A stretch of DNA of 64,000 bases from an uncultured Clostridia bacterium (lineage in GTDB: Bacteria; Bacillota; Clostridia; Christensenellales; CAG-917): assembly GCA_947625145.1 (NCBI GenBank), contig CANQNC010000003.1:31754-95753 (forward strand). Reading direction: 5' to 3'. Below the pieces are notes generated by a model, which was not told the origin of the DNA, ran no database searches, and was given only the letters and a program-made list of their open reading frames with translations. Both the position numbers and the translations under genes were made by a program. This document shows positions 57,701 to 64,000 of the stretch, one piece after another. The stretch's first letter is position 1, and every line of letters begins with the position of its first letter.

Positions 57701-60700
57701 CACGCCGTACGCGAAGGACAGCGCGCGCCTCAGCGTGATGATGACCGCCGCCTCGCCCGCAAACTTGACCACAAAGACGATCTCGTCGCCCTCGCCTATC
57801 GTCAACTTGACGTTTTCGTTTTCCGTGAGTCCGCCGAGCAAAATATTGTACAGTCTGACTTCCTTGAAGCCTTCCTCGGAGCTTGGCGTAAAGCTCGGGT
57901 CGATGGACAGCGTTGCGCCGCCCTCAAACAGTTTTGCCACCTCATTGGCGACAAGCCTCAGGTTGTCCTCTCTTGAAAGGGCGTAGTCCACGCTGAGAGA
58001 AGACGGGTCGAAGCTTTCGAGCTGACTTGGCGCGAGCACGACTTGATGACCCGACACGTTGAGTTTGACCGTACGCTTTGTGATGGTGAACATGGAATTC
58101 GATTGCACCCCAAGCGAATAGTTTGAGTTGACTTCAAATCTGCTTGCCGAGCTTGAGAAGTTGTATTGCGCAACGTTTTCGCCCTCCTGACGTTGGATGC
58201 GGCCTGCGGTGTCCTCGCTGACGAGATAGGTTTGGCCGTCCGCTTCCGTCCGTTCGATGATTTCGCCCACGGCGTCCCCGAGCATCTCTTTCAACAGGGC
58301 TTTGATGTCGTCGTCCGACATGCCCTCGAAGTCGGATTTGCGCGCGCCGAACATGAAGTGCGGGTCGGGATCGCCAAACGCCTTTGTCGCCGCCATGACG
58401 TAGATGTTGACGCTCTTGGCTGTGATGATGTATGTCACATTTGAAACAAACGTGACGTTGAAGTTTTCGCCTAGGCTGAACGCCTTGTCCTGCACTATGG
58501 TGTACTGTCTGACGGCAAGTTTTGCCGCGCCGTTGTAGAAGCCGTCCGCGTCCACGGACCAACCCTCCACGCCGTCGAGTTTGAGCGTGCCGACCACGCC
58601 GTCCCCGATCTCGAGGCGAATGGCTTCGTCCGAGATGACCGCGCCCGTCGCGCCGTCCGTGATCTTGAAGGTCAGTTTGACCTTGTCGCCGTACACCGAA
58701 TTGCCGCCGTCGGGGGTCACGGTGACGTTGCCCTGCAAGATCTCGAAAGAGAATTCCTCGGGGATCTGCGAAGAGACTTGCGGATCCGTGCACGAGGGGT
58801 CGAGTTCGACCTTCGGCATGTTGAAGTTTGCGGCGACGACCGCCTCGTCGTCGTACGGGAAATACGCAAGCAGCGTATATTTGCCCCTGTTGTACGGCGC
58901 AAAGAAGGTCGCGTTGCCGTCATCGTCCTTTGTCGCGTCTTCGAAGTTGTTTGTGAATTTAAGTCTGATATCCTCGCTGGCGTCGTCCTTGAAGTACATC
59001 ACGCCGCCATCGTTTTTGAACACTTTCAAAAACCTTTTGATGATTGCGGCGGTCAACTCGTCGGACAGCGTTTCGTCGTGCAGAGTGATCGCGGGATCCG
59101 CGGGTTTTGCGGTGTAGTTGGCGTTTGCTTCCGTCTGGAAGCTGACCACAAGCCTCGGCTGGACTGTGTATTCAACTGTCAAGCCGCTTGCTGTGGGAAG
59201 CTGTCCGAAATCGGGCGTATCCAAATGCAACGTGATCGCGCGCGGGTCGTTCAAGCCGTCGAAGCTGTATCTTCCGTCACCCTCTCCCGCATTTATTGTT
59301 TCAATGTTCTCAAAGAAAGATTTGTAATCGGCGTCTCTGAGCGTCCACCTGCTTTGTTGCGAGAAGTTGTCAAGCAGGACCACGCCGTCGTGTCCGCCGA
59401 GGAACATCTTGAACGGGACAAACCCCGTCTCATAGTCCAAAGTCAGATTGAGTTGCGCGCCCCTCTTCAATGTCGTGGTCGAGTCGCCGAAACTTCCGCT
59501 GACGCAGGTCAGATCGCTCAACAGGCTGTCCTTGTAGACGTTCAACCGCACGGAATAGGTGTTCCAATCCACAAACATTCTGTAGGTTTGCAGATCCGAT
59601 TTGTTGCCCGCCTGATCCTCCGCCCACACGTAGAACACGCGCAAGCCCACGCCAGCGGTCTGTATCAGATCCTCGGACTGACCCTCCAAGTCGTCCTCAA
59701 ACGGGCCTTCTTTTGTGACGAATTTGTCGAAATATGTCGAGAAGTTGTCACTCGTGATGGTCTTGTAGAGCGCCTCTATGTTCAGGTCCCTGAGCTGCCC
59801 CAGCTGTTCCGCGTTCGTGACGACCTTGACGCCGTAGTGTATCTTAAGCATAGAGCCGTAGTCGTCGTCTGCCAAAAACGCGTCTCCGTCGTCGAAGTGG
59901 AAGGTGGCGTTCATCGTCCAAGTCACGGTGTACCACAACCTTTCCGAAAGCAGGGCCGCGAAGTCGTAGATCGCGCCCTCTACAAACGCGCCGCTTGCGG
60001 TCTCGTCCAAGACGGTGGGCTTGCCGGGCGCGCGTGCGTCTATCAATATGTTTGTGCAAGGATCCCAACCGATCTCCGTCAAAGGTTTGCTGACGTTGGG
60101 ATTGTCATAGTTGTCTTCTTCTATGTTCGCTTGAGACAACACCCCCGTGTACACGACGAAGGCAGGCTTCCAGATCACCGCGAAGCTGTTGCCCGTGCCG
60201 TCGTCCGCGCTCACGTCGAAGGACAGGACGTTGCTTCTGTACGAAATGGTCAACTTCGCGTTTTTGTTGTCGCCCAAGCCCGACGGCAGGTCAAGCGTCA
60301 TGCCGCCCACCGCGTCGTTTCCTTTGTACAAAGTGGCGTTGCCGCCGCTTATTTGAACCGAATAGTCGTCCTCGCCTATGCCGAACGTGACCGTGTTGCC
60401 CGAAATGTTGGGCGCGGTGAACGCAATGTTGAACTTGCCCGACGTCGCGGTGATCCACGCTCCGTTTTCCGCGGCGGATATCTTTTTGGCTTCGCCGCCG
60501 TCAAAGGAGATGTTTGTGCCCGCCGCGTTCAAAGACGCGGGATCGTAGTCCACCTTGACGTAGTAGGTCTTCGGGCTTGACGAAATGTTGCCCGCGAAGT
60601 CCGCAACGTAGAATGCAAATCTATAATACCCGCACCCCGTCACGGCGGACTTGTCCCCATACACGGACTTGCCGTTTGCGGTGCCGTTTGCAAAGTCGTA

Positions 60701-62758
60701 GGAGAACGAGCTCATCTGCGACTGACTGAACGCCAGATAGTTTGCGAATATACTGTTGTAACACGGATCGGTCGCGGGGTCCGAAACGGTCTGCTTGTAA
60801 TCTCGCAAAAAATTGCTTTTGTACTCTGGCAATTTATCCAAACTCTCCTGAGGGAATGTCGTGTTCGTGGATTTTGTCACGTGGACAAACCAAAGCAGAG
60901 GCGCGCCGCTGTTTGCCGTGGAGTTTGTGTTCGGCTCGGCAGAGAGCGAAGAGACTCTGCGCCATTGTTTGCTGCTGAGCACATTCGAGCCTGATAAGAG
61001 GTTTAACGCGAGATATGCGTCCGAGTCGTTGAAAGTCAAATAACTTGACGCACTCGGAGCAGCGGTGTCTATTCCGCCGAACTCTATCGTCTTTGACACG
61101 GAATTGGCATAGCCGTAATCTGCGGGAGTGGATTCGCCGAAATCGTACGCCGTGATCTTGAATGTCGCGTTCTTTGCGGCGTACACCGTCACTGTGGCAA
61201 GCCCTCGGCTTGTCTTTTCCACCTTCACCACCGCGTACGTCGTGCCCGAACTTGATTTTATGACGGCATAACTTGTGCCGCTTGCGCCGGGGCAGCTGAT
61301 CGTCTGAGTGCTCCCCACAGTCGTTTGACCGCCCAACGAGTCCGTTTCCGTGACCGAAACTTCTATCTTTTTCACTCCGCCCGCCGCGGTGGTCGTGTTT
61401 CCGCTTGACGGGGACGTCTGACCGGTTTGATATGCGTTGCCCTGATCAAGATATTTGCCGAAAACTCCCACGTAATTCCTCGCGGTCGAGCCGATCTCCT
61501 TCAACACGTCGACCGAATAGCCTTGTCGGTTGTAATAGTTGTATGTATCCGCAAACGTGACGTCCGCCAGCTTGTAGTATGAGCCCGTCGCGCTTGAATA
61601 GATCTTCGAAAGGTCCCCGAGCACCGTTGACGTGTAGGATTGAAGCAATATCTTGCCCGTTTCGTTGTAGTTGGGCGTGTCCAACTTCTTTTCAAGTTCT
61701 GATTGTATCTCGGGATACCAGACCTCGAATTTGTCCCTGTTCGCAAAGTCCGCGCTTGTCCTGTACGGCGCCCAATTTGCGGTGTAAACGCTCTCGTTGT
61801 TCCACAATGTCGAACTGTCCTTCCAAATCGGGAAGTCGCTCACGACAACGGGCGCGCCGCCGTCGTAGTATGTCGAATTACTTGAGAGAGAGGGGTTTTT
61901 GAGAGAGACGGAATAGCTTATTTTGAGGTTGATTATTCTGCCCTCGGGGTTGGCATAGCCCGTAGTAATTCCCGTACGGTGTTGATATGTTATGGACACC
62001 ATCGGAATAATATACACGGTGTCTTTTGCAAGCGTAAATGTGTAAGAATAGTCTCTCGTGACCCATGTGCCGTTTGAGTCGTTGTTTATTTGACTGCTTC
62101 CGCCGCCGTTGTCCGTCGGTTTGTGAGTTATGGAAGAGCTGGTCACTCTTGAAGCGGAAATTTTGCCTCCGCAATAAAGCGTACCGTTAGATCCAACTTT
62201 GTCAGCATTGCAAATTCCACCTTGATAGGACAGCTTAGCTGTGACGGTGTGCCCGTTTGCCGCAAGCATCCTTATCAGCGCGGGCACTTGAATGTTGAGC
62301 GCGGCTGCGACGTCATACTCCGCGTAGCACTCCACTGTGCCGAACCTGAACGTGCCGTTCGTGCCCGTCCATATGCGCAACGCGGTGTCTCCGCCTGTTT
62401 TTTGTATGATGAGTTTGTCCGAGTCGCCACCTACGTTGTTGAAAGTCTCGTCGTACGAAAAGGAAGTCCCGCTGCTTACATAAGGATATTTGAGATCGAC
62501 TGCGCTTATATCGCCGTGGTCTCCGAAAAACGGATTGCCCGCACCGTAATCATTCTTTTCTTTGCCCTCTGAGCTCGTCTCCCAGTCCGCATACGCGGGC
62601 TTGACCCTGTTGCCAAACGCAAGGACAAGCGCGAACACCGTGACAAAACATACGGCAAGCGCCAAAAACTTGAGCAGATTGATCCGCTTCTCCCTCTTCC
62701 CGCCCGAAACGGCGCCGCGAGCGAAGCGCATGTCTGTGCTGAAATTGTTTGTTCTCAT
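51797..62758 (-). CDS. giant (3653 aa) secreted surface protein rich in MBG/YDG-type repeats, with a C-terminal TM anchor
   Basis: I trimmed the start to ATG 62758 with RBS AAAGGTGA; the track start at 62767 is GTG. The signal/anchor is LLKFLALAVCFVTVFALVLAF followed by AYA/DWE. At least ten repeat seeds are present (KKVYDGTNTAHV, KTYDGNNKAY, KTYDGTVNAL, KMYDGSTSLT, KVFDGTVKFA, KEYDGKVYTY, RAYNGSAEL, RVYGGVDADF ...). The C-terminus is WAVWSAVGAAGAVAAFVLIVVLAYVVRKSKLKK. I saw no LPXTG. Confidence 0.9.
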   Translation of the reverse strand: MRTNNFSTDMRFARGAVSGGKREKRINLLKFLALAVCFVTVFALVLAFGNRVKPAYADWETSSEGKEKNDYGAGNPFFGDHGDISAVDLKYPYVSSGTSFSYDETFNNVGGDSDKLIIQKTGGDTALRIWTGTNGTFRFGTVECYAEYDVAAALNIQVPALIRMLAANGHTVTAKLSYQGGICNADKVGSNGTLYCGGKISASRVTSSSITHKPTDNGGGSSQINNDSNGTWVTRDYSYTFTLAKDTVYIIPMVSITYQHRTGITTGYANPEGRIINLKISYSVSLKNPSLSSNSTYYDGGAPVVVSDFPIWKDSSTLWNNESVYTANWAPYRTSADFANRDKFEVWYPEIQSELEKKLDTPNYNETGKILLQSYTSTVLGDLSKIYSSATGSYYKLADVTFADTYNYYNRQGYSVDVLKEIGSTARNYVGVFGKYLDQGNAYQTGQTSPSSGNTTTAAGGVKKIEVSVTETDSLGGQTTVGSTQTISCPGASGTSYAVIKSSSGTTYAVVKVEKTSRGLATVTVYAAKNATFKITAYDFGESTPADYGYANSVSKTIEFGGIDTAAPSASSYLTFNDSDAYLALNLLSGSNVLSSKQWRRVSSLSAEPNTNSTANSGAPLLWFVHVTKSTNTTFPQESLDKLPEYKSNFLRDYKQTVSDPATDPCYNSIFANYLAFSQSQMSSFSYDFANGTANGKSVYGDKSAVTGCGYYRFAFYVADFAGNISSSPKTYYVKVDYDPASLNAAGTNISFDGGEAKKISAAENGAWITATSGKFNIAFTAPNISGNTVTFGIGEDDYSVQISGGNATLYKGNDAVGGMTLDLPSGLGDNKNAKLTISYRSNVLSFDVSADDGTGNSFAVIWKPAFVVYTGVLSQANIEEDNYDNPNVSKPLTEIGWDPCTNILIDARAPGKPTVLDETASGAFVEGAIYDFAALLSERLWYTVTWTMNATFHFDDGDAFLADDDYGSMLKIHYGVKVVTNAEQLGQLRDLNIEALYKTITSDNFSTYFDKFVTKEGPFEDDLEGQSEDLIQTAGVGLRVFYVWAEDQAGNKSDLQTYRMFVDWNTYSVRLNVYKDSLLSDLTCVSGSFGDSTTTLKRGAQLNLTLDYETGFVPFKMFLGGHDGVVLLDNFSQQSRWTLRDADYKSFFENIETINAGEGDGRYSFDGLNDPRAITLHLDTPDFGQLPTASGLTVEYTVQPRLVVSFQTEANANYTAKPADPAITLHDETLSDELTAAIIKRFLKVFKNDGGVMYFKDDASEDIRLKFTNNFEDATKDDDGNATFFAPYNRGKYTLLAYFPYDDEAVVAANFNMPKVELDPSCTDPQVSSQIPEEFSFEILQGNVTVTPDGGNSVYGDKVKLTFKITDGATGAVISDEAIRLEIGDGVVGTLKLDGVEGWSVDADGFYNGAAKLAVRQYTIVQDKAFSLGENFNVTFVSNVTYIITAKSVNIYVMAATKAFGDPDPHFMFGARKSDFEGMSDDDIKALLKEMLGDAVGEIIERTEADGQTYLVSEDTAGRIQRQEGENVAQYNFSSSASRFEVNSNYSLGVQSNSMFTITKRTVKLNVSGHQVVLAPSQLESFDPSSLSVDYALSREDNLRLVANEVAKLFEGGATLSIDPSFTPSSEEGFKEVRLYNILLGGLTENENVKLTIGEGDEIVFVVKFAGEAAVIITLRRALSFAYGVIWNNDLIKFSAELFELTGLPEGKTAGSVTWQLALSGNSEDIHDGGMLNANTYNVNASDVHIFDESGEEIPDLLIVVSPFRFTVTKAVVSVRPTIAKTNRVYGGVDADFGIGFEIASVNGETVDDKASFSYAGKSYAEILALVSGNFGRGRFREDGTPTVISQWDCATDDLGNCLDGTNDYYALTIALAFAIRDNNFSVEVEGEDNLIGTRLVINPLTVNLDVANFVGISKTYDGTVNALYKNNKLFAAEGADLVIAYDFNSIVLNSDDVYLVFEAAFEEAGSMTEPVYTSIRFKKLAIEGSKAYNYVLGKIYNSNKDNEAEIYDGDRMLDQSEAMSGIDISDIIEIIIKYINNKADASEKERIVILIGNLGLRKQDITVSKMYDGSTSLTIANISIGSRPDDGSGSPNVLATILMGGAAQLIAEHSTRFAGSGVSSTYIVNLEIFFPIEHADGFNVINLEGSDVTIAVQEGGFLVTIVNLNASIVKRKLNAASFVADSVFAESRDYNSKTSVDVNFSFADGALAPGDSAASVGLTLKGDADSPNAGNHTVTLSDASDVRNKNYELDIEALRTYFLSTTSLTVDITRAKLVPNVTFNPRAYNGSAELDEKAVSKNSGYEQHNFTTVFYSTELEHELERIKIVGEPTYILSDKGAADPNVAFDAQGRVILHNVLVQGLQVQVDDLSLLNNYTILGYIYNSSGDSYNPIGEVTTDTYISDYEILNAIAITKFDLHVIDTNVHIDKKVYDGTNTAHVTIDLPGEDHNLPEGAREHIGIVATGNFSRVVVEQNIRVTLSDCRIVADEDFEYLIKNYTLIPSTSLFYGEIIARPVALTGELGTKTYDGNNKAYRPSYSLEGILPEDVNFYNVSSGSIGAFFTDKNVKYVQQLDESNVAKQVVGLKDGAVFNPVLINSNSKISNYVLAEASEKPLEGRTLIGAMDKSGEYFYYEAAASVEAPVKYLYALAEASLFIKAKSENAAKVEEFILGYFEYQNVGYYALAAGAESVEGADDVAAIEALGSVKYFAMQGTVEPKKVYISSDGIYAKDGSTAFTKVFDGTVKFAGEVGKDYDFNQNAIVGAVEGDELSIGTLSAEFNSAGTEAQYVVFSIQSFVGKDAGNYVMRELSTARIKATITKRDVKASLADKKISYGTNVQSVVGDVEYSMGGKKLTLFEGALYVKFAEYLELIGFAKTNKDDVPYINSLVQYTYNLNTDPETSSILSATQPSDGNEGEYIRLIGAVTLPVAKAVFSSSFKPQAGDKSRSYSLVNGSASNYNFEYVYTQTDGSATSVAEIVRRKLLVSTTGTDATVRYGDPLPTTSFVLAFYASDGTDFGFASGESYQSVFVWSGVDHGPVLKWYLYDINSGSATPLSDTNFSLSAPQEEAGMYYVARYEMAAGEDYEASIQNYLFEFGTIGHELLENEEYRFILKYDGSSFVADTSRLTVTEPVVEGVSLADQTERTFTYAKSGTNPIDRTPEMLVGLRAGDTVEFDVTTVNKKKAINVGVYEGKLKVTRIVKWSDSDAGYSAEWLSDKIVRIEITKATPTFYATDYSKEYDGKVYTYAYSGNKSSVTWQDGEGQNIGEGCADLVVEKQIGTTFYCAYFMQGDVMIPLLSETDADGNVTYYYMDGNTRNDYAGKPQSFEIKDAGTYRVVVALNDRFESENPNYAKTSFTASITVRKAIVNISGIRMNGSAARANEIATAPVVLNEKFSENATYNIDYNVAMGDPSNAAALTKAMTKIVFAKEINSAGRYTFRVTVNGQDLNADNYNFVGADGILELTASAFESGNSDFGMRLVDDSGNETAGVIANRLEVRNILRKSGSGADVELWDKVNQYMPYINSKARLAGVVHMDLYCDNQRVAAKGLMELTIKIPESVDQNLKDAAVYVRTPEGGLAKLSDYQLKTAADGSSIVFVTDYLGEVVFVDFSTPTLPKWAVWSAVGAAGAVAAFVLIVVLAYVVRKSKLKKLI

Positions 62759-62893
62759 AATCTTCACCTTTTCCCAAAACCCCGCCTCCGCCGAACCCTG
62801 TCTCAGCAGAACCCCGCCTCAGCCGACTTTTGGATATCCCCATTGCGCCTCATGCGCCTGTGCACATGCATACGCAATATTATACTTAATATT

Positions 62894-62923
62894 ATTTTAC
62901 TATCCCCATTTCCATTCTGTCAA
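62894..62923 (-). promoter_or_regulatory. promoter of the giant surface-protein gene
   Basis: The minus strand reads TTGACA-18 nt-TAAAAT, about 135 nt upstream of the ATG at 62758. Confidence 0.5.
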
Positions 62924-63022
62924 TACCCATTTCTCCTTTTAATAATTTTAACCTTATCCCCCCGCGCTTCCCGCTTTCTTCTTCCCCTCGCTTTTCGTTT
63001 CCCGCCCAGCTTTCCAACTTCT

Positions 63023-63581
63023 ATTGCCAAATAGCGCGGTGGTTGACAACGCATAGCGCCAAACAGTGCGGTGGATAGGGCACGAGGTCACCCCAAAATA
63101 TGATAAAAACGTGTAAAACCGACTGTACGGGATGAAGAACAAGGAAGCGCCCCCTGAATGACAAGCCCAATCCCACCCCATGAAAACGCTACGCATTTTA
63201 ATGGGGACCCCGGGGAAGCCCTTTGTATTAACTTTTTGAGAGCAAAGCTGACACAGCTATTCGCCCTGACAAACAGAAATAGTTTATGTAAAACCGCGAT
63301 ATTTGGATGCTAGGCTAGGAAACAGCCCTCTCCCGAACCGCCTAGTGTACAAGAAGTACACGACGGCGAGGGAGAGGGTTGTTGACAACGCATAGCGCCA
63401 AATAGTGCGAGTGGAGAGGATACCATGTCACCGCACAACAAGATAAAGAAATGTAAAACCGCCTGTACGGGATGAAGAGCAAGGAAAAACCCATTTTGCG
63501 AACTGCCTAATGTACAAAAAGTACATGACAGTGAGCAAAATGGGTTTTGACACAGCTATTCGCCCGTACAGACGGTTTTAC
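63023..63581. repeat. cluster 2 of the same structured repeat family (about 3.5 units)
   Basis: It lies between the mnmA stop and the giant-gene promoter. 63101-63265 is homologous to 17801-17966, and 63288-63410 is homologous to 18181-18302. Confidence 0.8.
63453..63581. repeat. complete 129-bp repeat element with 19-bp terminal inverted repeats (copy E2)
   Basis: The left end gtaaaaccgcctgtacggg (63453-63471) and right end cccgtacagacggttttac (63563-63581) are complementary in 18 of 19 positions. The internal hairpin spans 63486-63548 (AAAACCCATTTTGC...GCAAAATGGGTTTT). Confidence 0.8.
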
Positions 63582-64000
63582 CTGATTGGGGCGCCACCTA
63601 AGCACTCAACAAACGAACTGCTTCCATCTCCGTCCATGCTCCCATCTTCGCCCTCGTACGGCACATAGATCACGGCGTATTGGCCCGAGGCGATGGCGCG
63701 CTGAGGCGCGGCAAAGGTCAAATGTACGTCCCCGTTTTCAAGCACGCGCGCGGTGGCGGCTTGAAGGGGTTGACGATGCTTGATGCGGACGCGACACTCA
63801 AACTCGCGCGACGGGGGCGGCGTGATGAAATTGAAGCCCTCGGTGACAAGTTCGCTCCCGAAAAGCACGCTGTCCTCGCCCTGCGACACGACAAGACGAT
63901 TGTGTTCGACGTCCTTTGACAGGACAAACCACCTTTCGCCGTTGCCGTCCGCGCTTCCGCCTATGCCCAGCCCTCTGCGCTGACCGATTGTGTAGAAGTA
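63578..64000 (-). CDS. mnmA: tRNA 2-thiouridine(34) synthase MnmA, C-terminal part; the gene runs off the right edge
   Basis: The frame is open to the window end. The window end reads YFYTIGQRRGLGIGG on the minus strand, which is the MnmA motif. The C-terminal barrel reads RIKHRQPLQAATARVLENGDVHLTFAAPQRAIASGQYAVIY. The stop TAA at 63578-63580 lies inside the repeat terminus. Confidence 0.85.
   Translation of the reverse strand, partial: YFYTIGQRRGLGIGGSADGNGERWFVLSKDVEHNRLVVSQGEDSVLFGSELVTEGFNFITPPPSREFECRVRIKHRQPLQAATARVLENGDVHLTFAAPQRAIASGQYAVIYVPYEGEDGSMDGDGSSSFVECLGGAPIR

Noticed and set aside
52000-62600. multiple 100-600-aa plus-strand ORFs (for example 58778-60580, 53861-55102, 51794-52999)
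   Set aside because: All are antisense to the giant surface-protein gene, lack motifs and RBS, and are rich in R/V/H/D, as shadow frames usually are.

Overview
This 64-kb window looks like a Firmicutes/Clostridia-type chromosome. That placement is an inference from gene content and synteny: whiA, dnaE-pfkA, rpmE-DUF1385/prmC-prfA, an ntp-type V-ATPase operon, a TM1266-family regulator and queH. About 40 of 43 genes are on the minus strand. I saw no rRNA, tRNA, CRISPR array, transposase or integrase.

Housekeeping core:
- rlmD-like methyltransferase, an esterase, PPi-type and ATP-type phosphofructokinases, dnaE, whiA, a PHP phosphoesterase, murB, uvrC and prfA
- a DUF1385-PrmC fusion, rpmE, a NitT/TauT-type ABC importer behind an attenuator-like leader, and a MacB/FtsX-type ABC exporter
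- queH, an FNT channel, rpiB plus a nine-gene V-type ATPase operon whose K subunit has a Na+-type motif, and a partial mnmA

Non-core content worth attention:
1. 0.2-8.8 kb: a co-directional cluster I cannot match to any named system. It holds a zinc-ribbon-TerD protein, a zinc-ribbon polytopic membrane protein, and two paralogous TrkA-N/RCK-like proteins ending in RyR-like domains. The larger paralog has a channel-like 4-TM/pore-loop N-terminus.
2. 17.6-18.3 kb and 63.0-63.6 kb: two clusters of a structured repeat family of about 129 bp. The copies have 19-bp terminal inverted repeats and stems that covary between copies. The terminal GTAAAAC supplies the TAA stop codon of both pfkA and mnmA.
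3. 51.8-62.8 kb: a 3653-aa surface protein built from MBG/YDG-like repeats with a C-terminal TM anchor. A smaller, apparently 5'-truncated relative at 10.9-12.0 kb overlaps head-to-head with an orphan 7TM histidine kinase.
4. 40.4-41.7 kb: a cassette of about 1.07 kb (XRE repressor plus membrane protein) bracketed by direct repeats of about 110 bp. A perfect 18-bp palindromic operator fills the promoter spacer.

All functional calls come from reading the translations and motifs by eye. No database search was run.
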